Below, piece after piece: positions 27,099-38,968 of a stretch of 55,712 nucleotides of DNA. The stretch is taken from assembly GCA_000320545.1 (NCBI GenBank), contig ADNK01000006.1, positions 1 through 55,712 on the forward strand, given 5' to 3'. The position numbers and the translations under genes were made by a program. The notes beneath the pieces are model-generated. The model saw only the letters and a program-made list of their open reading frames with translations, had not been told where the DNA came from and made no database searches. The number at the start of each line of letters is the position of its first letter. The first letter of the stretch is position 1. Origin of the DNA: Bigelowiella natans CCMP2755. Lineage: Eukaryota > Protista > Cercozoa.

Positions 27099-28954
27099 AT
27101 GGCGGCGGGTTCAGCCCGTGCCCGATCTGGGTCAAGAGCATGGACTCTGTTCCTTATGGCGATCATCGCCTCATTGAGCATATACACACCTCCCAGTAGA
27201 AGAGGAAAAGTTGGCGTTGTGGTTCACAGAGGTCATCGGAGAGATTTCGACAACCATCACGAAGCATCCGCAATTGGAAAGCGTCGGGAGGTCGGCGGCC
27301 CCGCATCCGTTCGCGTGCTGTTTGGGAGCATGATGGGAGGAGGGGAGAGGATGGCTAGGCGACTAGTCCATCTTATCAATTCGATACATGCAAACTCTTC
27401 GAGCGGGACTGGCCGTAGCAGAGAGAGCGGTTGCCCAAGAACGTTTAACGCAACGGCGACTGATCTTGCGGTAATATTACAGATACAAAGGGAGAAGAAG
27501 GGCCATAATACGATGCTTCACTGAGACGACGTAGTATATTTACTAATATAATATTGTGATCAGTTCCTCCCCCCCATCCCCATACACTTCATACTTTCCA
27601 CAGGAGTTTGAGCCTGAAGACATCGCAACAGAAAGATTTGTCGCAGTTGTGATGGCAACATACGACGGCTCCCCCCCAGAGACTGCCGAATGGTTTTGTC
27701 GGTAATATTATGTAAGAGAAAATTTAAATATCGTTGATTATTATTGTTGCAACGTTTTGTTCAATTACTATCTGCCTGCATAGATGGTTGAAGGAGGCTG
27801 TAGATGACGAGAGGATCGGAAATGATCTGCTCAAGAATCTCAGGTGATGATAATGAGATAGTATAGATTGATTATCAAGATTACAGTGTAGTAGAGCAAA
27901 CTGCTCTAGGAAAGAGCTTCACCAATTCTTCCACAGGGAATGACAAAATAGAGGAGACACCTGATATTGGAAAGGGAAATTTACCTTGAATTTTCTCAAC
28001 GGCCAGAGATGATCCTTTTCTATGATACAGCCTACTTCTTAAATAACGAAAATAAAGTTATTAAATTCCGTAGGGGTCATACTGTGATTTGTCCTTCCAC
28101 TCATAAACCACCTTTACAATCATCATCATCATATCTCTTACTCATCAGATTCTGCGTTTACGGATGTGGCAGTTCTGTCTACGGAGAAAATTACAACAGG
28201 GCCTCCAAGGAAGTATATCGCCACCTTAAGATGCTAGGGGGGCAGCCAGTGATGGCCCACGGTGATGGCGATGAAAGCCAGGGAAATTTGGAGGTATGTA
28301 TGGGAAGACGCCGAAGCTACAGTCTGCTTTTGATGACACTCTTTTCTCTTTCAGCACCAATTCGATACTTGGAGTGCTCGTTTATGCGATGGTTTAGTCT
28401 CTCCTCGAGGTTACCCAATTGCCCCCTCCCAACTGTCTTGTTGATAAGTCATATCAGTTCTGCTTACCTAGCCTAGATTTGTGAAAAGGGTCTTTTCTTT
28501 ACATGGAATGATGTGGTGGCGATGATGGTGATTTGTGTGTTTAATTAGCTTACTGTTGAGGACGTGTCGTAGTTGTCTTGTGGTTGTGTTTGCGCCATAT
28601 CATCATCGATGGATTCATGATCAAATAGGCGAAAACGAAGGAAGTGGGGGTACAGAAGAAGAGGTATATGATGACGATGACGATGATGATGAGGACGACG
28701 AGGAGGAGCCTCGTTCTTCTGCACAAGTGGGTGATATAGAAGACATAGCGAATGGACTTGGAAGTGCAGAGATTAGGGAGGATGAAATGCTCAAACCTAT
28801 GATTCGCAAATCTCTCACAAAGGTAACGATCATAACGGCGACAGTGGCGGTAGTGGTGGTGGTGGTGGTGGTTGTATTAGGGGGTAGTAATATACCTTGA
28901 ATTATCCATGATGCTTTACTTTTGGAGTTGATGATAAATGAAAACTATTACTAT

Positions 28955-28999
<45 letters not shown>

Positions 29000-30823
29000 A
29001 GCTAGCCCTGCTACCATCATCATTATCATAATCATCATCATCATCATCATTCACAAAACTACAATCACTTTGTTTGTCGCAGCAAGGATATCGGCTTGTG
29101 GGGACTCACAGCGGTGTGAAGCTATGCAGATGGACAAAGGTCTAAAGCAGCAGCAGCAGCAGCTGTAGAAGCAGTCAGACAGATGAGGCACCATTTAACG
29201 CTTGAAAGGAAAGCATATAATCACAACACGATGGGTTGCAATGATGATAATGATGATGATGATGATGATTGATAACAAAGTGATAGTGATACCGCTGTGA
29301 TAGTACCAGGGTGAGTGCATCGTCATCCCTTATCGCTGCGTTTGCGACATGATAACACTCTCCCCCTCCTCCTCCTCCTCCGACTCCTTTCGCATTCCCC
29401 ACGTGAACCACCGACTACAACTTCCTTCTTAGGCTCAGCTTCGTGGTCGTGGCGGCTGCTACAAGCATACGTTCTACGGCATAGAATCACATAGATGTAG
29501 GGAGTAGCAGCACTACACCAACTTTTACACCATTTCGCCTGTTCTTCTTTCATTGAGATTTGCTTCGTCTGATTGTCATGATTAAATCAATTCCATCCCA
29601 TTTTACGTTCGCTCCCCTGTCTTCTCCTCCTCCCCCCCCCCCCTCAAGGTATGGAGGCTACTCCTAGCCTGGCCTGTGCAAACAAGTGTGTCTTTTGCTG
29701 GAGACATCACACAAACCCAACAGGGACGGAGTGGCGTTGGAAGGTGAAAAAGAACAACAACAACAACAACAGCAAGAAGAAGAAGAAGAAGGAGGATACG
29801 AAACGTTTACTTTACAAATGATTCCTCATCTATATGCCTAGATGGAACCTGCGGAGGAAGTGCTGGAGGGTTTCTTGCAGCATCACTATCAAATGGTGAA
29901 GCAGATGAAAGGGGTCATTCCTAATATCTTTAATCGACGACTAGTGTATGGGGAGATAGATAGAGAGGGGCTTTATTGAAGCATTGGTGATTTCTATTGG
30001 ACCTGCCGTGCATTGGAGAAGCAAATATAGTATGTGTTCTTCCTATGCAACAACAACAACAATAATAATTCAATTTCCTGGTTTGTCGAACGAATCAGGT
30101 GCCAGGAGCTACAGAAGAAAGGTGCAGTGAGAAACATTACTTCCTTACATTCTTCTTGAACAATAGCGTATACCCTACTATGGCTCTGTCTTTGGCTATT
30201 TAATTTATTGATTCTTGTCAGGCTGAAGGAGGCAAAGCAAATTCGACACTGCGCTCTTTCCCTCGTTGGAGAACCGATTATGTGAGCGTGAATAAGGAAA
30301 AGAGAAAGAGGAGGAAGAAGGGGAGGACAGGAGGAAATAGAAGCCTATCGTCTCCATCAAAACTAAACACCACCACCACCAACAACAACAACAACAACAA
30401 CAATAGTACAAACGTCGTCGTCTTCTTCATCGGAATCGTTATAAGGAAAGGTGTTCGTAGGTACCCGGAAATTAACAAGCTATTATGCGGGCTACACCAG
30501 CGAAACATCTCCACGTTTTTGGTCACAAATGCCCAGTTTCCAGACAGAATTCGGGCACTAGACCCCCTGACACAGCTTTACGTGAGGTGTGTGAGAGAGA
30601 GAATCAGACGTCAGGAAAGTACTGGAGATAGATGTACCATTGGTGCTATTTCCTTCTCTTTGCTCCTGAGATTCTTCTGCAGTGTATGTGTCCTCTTAAC
30701 TGTGCATTGGTTGATCATTCGTAGTGTGGACGCAGCGAACGAATTGGATTTAAAACGGATAGATAGACCGCTCTTTGCCGATGCGTGGAAACGGTTGTTA
30801 TCCCGAGCACAACTCTGCATTTA

Positions 30824-30870
<47 letters not shown>

Positions 30871-31173
30871 GTTCTCATTCTTGAAGTCAGTATTTCGTTC
30901 ATATACCCCATCATTTTATTACCTGCACAACACCTCCTGCCTCTTTCTTCCGCTTCCTATAAAAATTGGAAAGGCTTCTGGAAAGTCTGGATGAGCTTCG
31001 AAAGAAGAGGCACACACGGACTGTTTACCGCCTCACGTTAGTCAAAGGGTAAGTGGTGCGCCAATTGCTACTTACTCGAAAACACCAACACAGGCAGTAT
31101 GCATCTTTTATTATTGTTGACTTCATCAATAAAAATGATCGAAATAGCGGTCTCCGATATATGATTTTATTTA

Positions 31174-31215
<42 letters not shown>

Positions 31216-31732
31216 GGTGTGTGTGGGTGTGTGGCGTGTACGTGCAAATGATGTAAAATTGTGTTTGTTTTGTTTGTGGCAGGTACAATATGCAAGATGT
31301 TGAGCAGTATGCACGACTTATTGTTCGTGGCAGACCCGATTTCATCGAGATAAAGGCGAGAGCAGTTGATGTCACTGTTGTCGTTATTTATGAATCACAT
31401 TGCGTACATGTATTCTTTATGCGTGTTCCCTATTCTATCATGTGTTGATGATACAGACAACTAAAATACTTAGCTCCTTCCCAAATATATGTAGGGTGTG
31501 ACATTCTGCGGTGATGGAGGAAAAGGGAAAGGGGTGGGAGAACAGCAGAAGATAGCAAAGGAGAGGAGGAAACAGAAGGCAGATCGTAAGGGAAGTACCT
31601 GCTGCAACAGCACAAGAACTTTAACTGATGATGTGACAACGGCGAAAGAAGAAATGATAGAGGGAGGAGGAGGCGGTGTGGGTAATGATAACGGCAACAA
31701 AGGAAACGTTGATACAGCGAGCAGGGGAGCCG

Positions 31733-31763
<31 letters not shown>

Positions 31764-32304
31764 GTCATCGTCAGTTCTGACCATGAAGTCTGTGCCTTAC
31801 CACCAGGAGGTCGTAGACTTTGCACAGAAATTGCTGTGTAAGGTTCACGAGATAATCACCAAAGACGAAGACGAGAAAGGAGAGGATAAAGAAGAGAAGG
31901 AAGAAAAAAGAGAAGGAGAATCAGAAGGAGGACAGCAACTGCGACCAGGGAGCCAGGATAATGCAACCGCTGCCAACAGTACCGCATACTACGGCCTTGC
32001 TGCAGTACACGAACACTCATGTTGCGTGTGCATTGCCAACTACCGACGATACTATGATAGCCGGAGGAGGACGTGGCGCACGTGGATTAACTATGAAAGA
32101 TTCAATCAGCTCTGGCGGCGGTGGAATGAGTCCAAAATCGAGTTCGATGCGGAAGATTACATGCTTGACACACCGAAGTGGGCACAGTTTGGTGCTCCAG
32201 AGAAAGGCTTCGATCCAGCCATGAAACGCCATTACAGGAATAAAGGAAGAAAAAATCAAGTATCTGCAGCAGCTTCAAGCCCTAAGGACAACATGAATGT
32301 CTGA
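27099..32304 (+). CDS. TYW1: tRNA wybutosine-synthesizing protein 1 (flavodoxin plus radical SAM), multi-exon
   Basis: Flavodoxin exons (VMATYDG, FCVYGCGSSVYGENYN); HSGVKLCRWTK; LRGRGGCYKHTFYGIESHRC; MEATPSLACANKCVFCWRHHTNP (CxxxCxxC); STFLVTNAQFP; YVSVDA; PDFIEIKGVTFCG; HEHSCC; YMLDTPKWAQFGAPEKGFDP. Confidence 0.95.
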
Positions 32305-33412
32305 AACTTGTTCAATCATCATTCAAGCTTCAATCGGAAAGTTGTATAGCTATATAGGTGAACGAGGTATTTTATTAGTGCATCGTTGCGCATTTATTTT
32401 GGTGCGCTGTGTGGGGGCGAACACACGAAAAAATCAAAATGCACTGTGATGATGCGCTTGAGCACACTCATGCTTGACATTGCACGTATCGAGATATGCG
32501 CGTGGTGTGGTCGCCACATGAGAAATATCTTCAACGCGCCGCAGATTAGACACTATCTGAGATGCTTGCACGAGTATTATTTAAATCTTACAAGCTAGCT
32601 ATTTTGGTCATTAAAACACAGTTCGTGCGAAAAATGTGATGCATGTGCGTGTCATGTCATCGAGCACATGCCCATTCCAATTATACCACATGTATAGCTA
32701 CACACCTATCTGTATTTCGCAACACTTCGTACACGATGACTTCGACGATGATCATGGCCATGCATGAAGCAAAGTGTTAAGCTTGAAGCCGTGGCTTCGA
32801 TCAGCAATGTTCAATCACGGACATAAAACTTCATTTGGGGTTCATTCTTAGAGCATCTGGGTATCAAAGATTTAGTCACAAAAGATCCATACAAGGCGAA
32901 GTGGAGTGTGAAGATCCAATCGCAAGCCGTTCGGCATCGAACCACAGGAGAAGACTACTTCATAAATATTTGCCGATGCTGTTCGATTTTTTGCGTCAGC
33001 GTCCTCCAGCGACTATTTCCATCCATTTGATCCTTAGCGACAACACGATTCACATAATTTCTCTGTAAAATATCAGGGTTTTCAGTGTTTGCATTCCAGT
33101 ATCTAAGTTTTATTATGTCTAAATTATTTGCGTGTTAATTCAGAACAATATTTCCGGAACAATGACCAGAAGCCTGCGGGTCAAATATGATAAAAATACA
33201 GGATATTTTACGGTTTGCGACAACTAAATTTGGATGTAATTTTCCCTGAAATCTTGAAAAATCCAACAATCTGAATAATACTACCTACCACACCAATTCG
33301 CTACATCGATCACCCCCCCCCTCCTATCCATTCACGTATCCTTCAGGTTTCCACGCTATATCATTCGCAAAGGGATTCTCCCCACAAATAATCATCAATA
33401 GTGAATGATAGA

Positions 33413-34380
33413 ATGAGCTTCATCCTGGACATTATTCACGAGTTCTTGGCCCCCGTTGCCTCACTTGCAGCAGGGGGGTATGCATACATGATGCTAACAG
33501 AAAGCGAGGATGACGTCCATGCAGTCAGAGTGGCGTGTGGAGCCAGTACAGCTGCGGTTGCCCTAGTTTATTTCTTAATTATGATGGTAAAGGGACGCCC
33601 AGGAAACGGGAGTGAAGAAATTATCACGGTCTGGAAAAATGCAGATTGTATTCGTTCATCATGTCTCCTTAAATATGACTGACATTGAGTGATCTCTTGT
33701 TAGATAAGGACGGGGGGGAAAACATATCACACTCCGAAGAGGAAACATGACGCCGACAATGCCCAAAGCAAGCTCATATGGCTTGGTGTCGGGACTGCTT
33801 TTCTTGTCACTATGCACATCAAACTCGGGTGCGTATTATCCTGCATGATAGCATAGCTTCTAGGATTCTAGGAATGGATGCTAATTTGACGCAAAGATAT
33901 AAAACTAAATTATGCTGCTTTATCAGGGTTATTGTTCCTCTAGCTATGCAGGCAGCCCTGCAGCCGATTCTTTTGCTGCAATCTGCCATTTTCAACGTGT
34001 GTGTCCTTAACCGAAGCGCCACGGTAGGTTTACCACTATCTTCTTGCAGAAAGAACTGTGCACGGATTCCCTGATCATAATATTGTACAACAGGGTCATC
34101 TACAGCGACCGTGGGACAATGAGAGCGTTTTTTCGCAGGTCTCCACCGACATGCGCAAAATGAAGAAGCAATTCCAGGATATGCAATCAGAGATGGCGGG
34201 AGAAAAGGTAGCGCTATCTAGCCACATTGTACCTGTCTCTACATAAAGCAAAGCATCTGACCGAAATACAGATGAAAATAATCTTAATCGAGCCGAACCT
34301 TTTCGTCATTCCAGGTATCGCGAAGATTAACGGCAAGCGAGCGGCGAAATCGAAACCGTGTGGCTCGCCGGAAAAGGTAA
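33413..34380 (+). CDS. PHO88/SND3-family ER membrane protein, multi-exon
   Basis: Spliced peptide ...KRKHDADNAQSKLIWLGVGTAFLVTMHIKLGVIVPLAMQAALQPILLLQSAIFNVCVLNRSATGHLQRPW matches the Pho88 pattern MHxxxGxxxPLxxQxxxxP...AxGxLxRP(W/F). Confidence 0.7.
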
Positions 34381-35537
34381 AGCCATTTTACCGAAATGGA
34401 GGAGAAGGAACTTGAGTATTCTATATAGTTTATGCATTAATGACACGTAGAACAAAAAGATAAGCATAATTGACGAAGTTATCACGGGTTTGAAAGCCAT
34501 TAAGATCAACAAAGGGATGAGGCCTAGAAGACTAGGGATAGTTCATGCATGATCTGTAGGTGTTCATTCAAATTCATGCAGCTATTAGTACCATATTTTT
34601 GACCTTCATAAATTTCGATAACGAACTTGTGCATACTAGCATGATGGGTCGTGTCAGACAGAGAGACAACCTGTTAAAATAGCCACATCGTACAGTAGCA
34701 TGTGCTCAGCATGTCAGATATACAGAGTGTCGTGTGCGTGCATCACATGCATGCTGCTGCACGTTTATTCACGCCAATGCGCTAGCTCCCTAAGTGACGA
34801 AGCTGGACAGTGTGTGCACATCATGTCATGATCGTGCGAATTATAGAATCAACTGCACATGCTAGCATGCACGATCGAACGCAGCGGCGACAAGCACCGT
34901 TTGTTTGTTTCACGCATGTTCAAACTGTGGCCGCGCTCGCCACTTTCCATGCGAGAGCATGTGATTCGCACACGCAATGATCAGTGCCAGAGTGCACAGC
35001 TCCATGGCACACAGTGTATGCGTGCATGCCAGGCTCGTGGGGTGCCTAGCTAGCAGCTAGATGCCCGCGCATTCCACGCCCAAAATGAAGTCCATGTACA
35101 GGTCTAGTCATGCCAGAATCGCATGTGCACACATGCTGTGCTGAAAATGTGGTTTAGCAACGCACATCTCTAGCTAGCTAGGTCTCACAGATGCACCAAC
35201 ATGACAACTGCGTTGCATGTCTGTCATTAATCGTCCAAAGCGCAAACAATTGAATGAATTCCTTGCCTTTTCGTTCATTAGATGTGCACAAGCTCCAATT
35301 CTCTCACGCACGTCTTTTGGCGGTTGTCAATGTGCGCACATGCTGCAAAAACTCTCCATTTTCGCGACTGCAATGTCAAGGGCACATCGATCCACCATTT
35401 CGACCTCTGACTTCAGAAATGAAAGAAATCACTGACACCTAGTCGACAGACACCACGCACCTTGGGCGATGTGCGCTAGTTTCGTAGAGTCTTCTGCGAC
35501 ATTGCCGGGCCGGAGGCAAAGGAGCGGAACCAGCTAC

Positions 35538-35903
35538 CTATCGGTGACATGGGGGGACACGGGCGAAAGTCACCTGCGACAAGACGGGGATTGTCGCACC
35601 CCCAAAATGACGGATATCGCAGTGCAAAATGCCCGCGTGCGAGACCACTCTGGCAGTGCAGTGGAGTCCTTTCCAGCGTTTGGATGCTGTGGCGAATTGA
35701 TTCGCATCATTGTGAACCACCATCGGTGCCGCCTCACAAGGCAAACTTAGGAGGACAAAGACAATGATGATAAAAAACAACGCCCAAAGTGTAAACCAAG
35801 CACCTGCATTCTGGCAAAAATCATTCCAAGAGCAAACTATACTACATTTCGGAACCGCAATGGTAATTTGAGGCGACATGAACCTCAAAAACGTTTCAGC
35901 CAT
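35538..35903 (-). CDS. Possible small hypothetical membrane or secreted protein
   Basis: 121-aa ATG ORF with hydrophobic stretch AWFTLWALFFIIIVFVLLSLPCEAA. Non-repetitive and relatively GC-rich, divergent from the SNF2 gene. No recognisable motif. Confidence 0.25.
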   Translation of the reverse strand: MAETFLRFMSPQITIAVPKCSIVCSWNDFCQNAGAWFTLWALFFIIIVFVLLSLPCEAAPMVVHNDANQFATASKRWKGLHCTARVVSHAGILHCDIRHFGGATIPVLSQVTFARVPPCHR

Positions 35904-36089
35904 TTTCAGATACCATCAAATTTAGTTAGAATCGGCTTGGATAATTTCCTAAAATAAATCGGAGGTCGCCTTAGTAATTTCCTAGCAATCTCATTTCGGA
36001 ATCCGACTGCTCGGATGGTCTGACCCTCCCCTCCCACAGGCTCCTGTCTCTTCGCAGGAGCTACGAATCCTTAGACTATACAAGAAGGG

Positions 36090-38159
36090 ATGAGGGGGGG
36101 GGAGATTCGGTTCTTCAACGTGCTGCTGATTCTCTCTATCTTCTTCGCGTGTCGGCCGAGGTCGCTCCCACTCCACCAGTGATATGTGATCCAAGTGTTA
36201 AGTTGAGTTGTTGTTGTTGTCATATATCGGCTCATCAGGGAACCTAGACTTAAGAATGCTGCATTCAAGAATACACAAGGGAGACGACGAACAGGACTAA
36301 GGAGGAAATCGCACATATCGTTTGTACCATCATTCTCCTCGTCGTCACCGATCCAGATGTCGCTCTGGTGTCTACGGGGTGGATGTTTCTCAATGCCAGG
36401 GCTCGACGGCCTTCAGGACGTGTTCCTAGACCGCAGTGGAATTCGACCTCCACAATCTATCGAGAAAGTCAGGGAGAAGATGGAGAGAAAGAAGAAAAGA
36501 AGAGAACGAAAAGGCATGGAGACATCTTTAGAAGAGTGCAAAAGTAGATTCAACCTCTCGACCGACGTCGTAGCTCATATGCGCGGTAAAATACCTGAAG
36601 TAGCGGCTGTAATGACAAAGGACGATGGCAAAGTACTCAGCGCCAGGTTTGCAAAGGCAGCTGAATTAAAGAGGAAGTATGAGCCACCTTCCATCCAATC
36701 ACAACGAACAAGCACAAGGAGGGCACAAGCGCAGGCAGCAGCAGAGGCTAAGGAAATTCTTAGAGGTACTGGTGGACTGCTTGCACCCAGACGTGAAGCA
36801 AAGCAAATCGACAATCTCGTAGAGATGCAGCGTTTCTCATCATCATATGATAGTCACGAGAGTGCGATCGAGAGAAATCCGGAGCTGTTCGGAGTTGAAG
36901 CGCTGCGCTACGTTTGTAGCTGGCCGGGCGTGCTGGTGGAGGGGTTTGAATTGTTCGGAGTTGACAGTGTTGATCTTGGGGATATTGTCACCTTTGATTC
37001 GATTAGTGTTTCCGGGAAAACGGGGAGAGAGGAGAAGCATGTTGTTGCCCAAATTTTCACTGATACAAACAACTCGAAAAAGTCGACGCTTGGCCTCATC
37101 AGCGCTTTCAGGGAGCAAGACCAGGTCCTACTTGAAGTGATGACCAGAAATATGCATCGGGAAGGAGTCGGAGGAGTACCGCTAGGGATTGTCGAAGCGG
37201 TTACTCGCACTCGTATCCTCATCAGAGTGGAATTCTGGGCAGAACCTGCGAAGGCCGAGAAACTTCTCGAGGCGTTAACCGAAAACAAATTGCCAAACAT
37301 ATTTAACAAGTATCGAGACCCCACATCACAAACTGATGACATCGAATCCTTGATGGCGCAGAGGAGAAGTGAGAGTCGTAAGGCTGCCGAGAAGGACGAT
37401 CGGTGCAGGTATGTCCATTCAACCGCCTCGGAGGGTGAAGAAGGCGATAGATACGAGGATGTAGCGGCTCCAGACATGGAGCTCGAGATGGAGACGCTGT
37501 TTGACCGATTCCGCAACATTTCCACTGGCCCCCGTCTTTATGATGCCCAATTTGCCTTTCGCAGTGGTCTCGTTTCCAAGCTCTATGATCATCAAATTGA
37601 TGGTGTGAATTGGATGTTGAAGCGAGAGCGGCCAGATCAACTGCAACAGCCGAATAACCGGCACGATGTTAATAAATGGAAGCTGCCACCTCTCTGGAGC
37701 CGCAAGGGAGCTAAATTTGTCCACTCCCTCTCGCACTACGAGCAGCAGAATAGGCCACTTCACACGTTGGGAGGGCTATTATCTGATGACATGGGTCTGG
37801 GGAAAACCATCCAAACTATTGCTCTTATCGTGGCGAATAGACCGCGTGTAGAAGAACAGGGAGGAGGGGGGGGAGCAGGCAACGACGATCATGACGATGT
37901 TGCCAAACTGCTACTTAAATCTGAGGGAGGAGGAGGTACGGCTAGCAGTAAGAATGAGAAACAAGGTAATTGCTTCAAATACAACAACAACAACAACAAC
38001 AATTAAAGCGAAGGAAGCAATATATTCACGTATAGTTCGTCAGTCACAAAGCAAGTACGTGAGCAGCTACCTATGAGAGATAATACATGAAAACGCGCAG
38101 AAAAGAACATTACAACGAATAGAAGTGATAGAGGCGTAAGAGAGTCGAAAAAGCAACAG

Positions 38160-38200
<41 letters not shown>

Positions 38201-38930
38201 GAGAGCGATATTCCGCGCAATTTTTGAACATTGACAAAAACAAGTTAATGCATAAAGTTGCTAAATGGTTGCTAACAATAGCTGACGTACGAATTGTCTT
38301 TTTATTTGCTACTGTTACATCAGAATCGCAAGCGGCGTCTTCATACACTTCTACTTCTTCTTCATCATCGTCTTGGTCCAATTTAGGCGTAGATCGGCTG
38401 CATGTTGGTTCCAAGACGACGCTTATCGTGTGCCCCTTGGGTGTATTGGCCAAATGGGGACAGGAGATCAGGCGACATGCAAAAAAGGGTGCTCTAAGTG
38501 TATTGACATATCACGGACCAACACGATTTAGTCTCTTGGGAAGCCTCCATAACTACGATGTCGTTCTTACGACCTACAGCACCCTTACTAATGATTTCCG
38601 CCTCGCTACTACGAAGAACTTCAAGTTTAAAGGGGGGGGGATACCGAGTGGAGGAATAGTCAAAGGCGTGGACAATGTAATGCAGACGGTGCAGAATGCT
38701 GAGGCAGTGCGACGGGAGCTATTTGATCGTAACTTCCACAGGATTGTACTGGATGAGGCTCATCTCATTCGCACACGGAGTTCCAACGTCTTCAAAACGA
38801 TGTGCTCTGTCATGGCAACACACAGGTCAGGTTCCTCCCCTTTTTCCTTTTGCTGATTTTTGGGTATTGTCCGCTTTCGGCGGGGGTGAGTGATGCTGAT
38901 GTCACTAATTGAGAATGGGAGTGGTAATTT

Positions 38931-38968
<38 letters not shown>

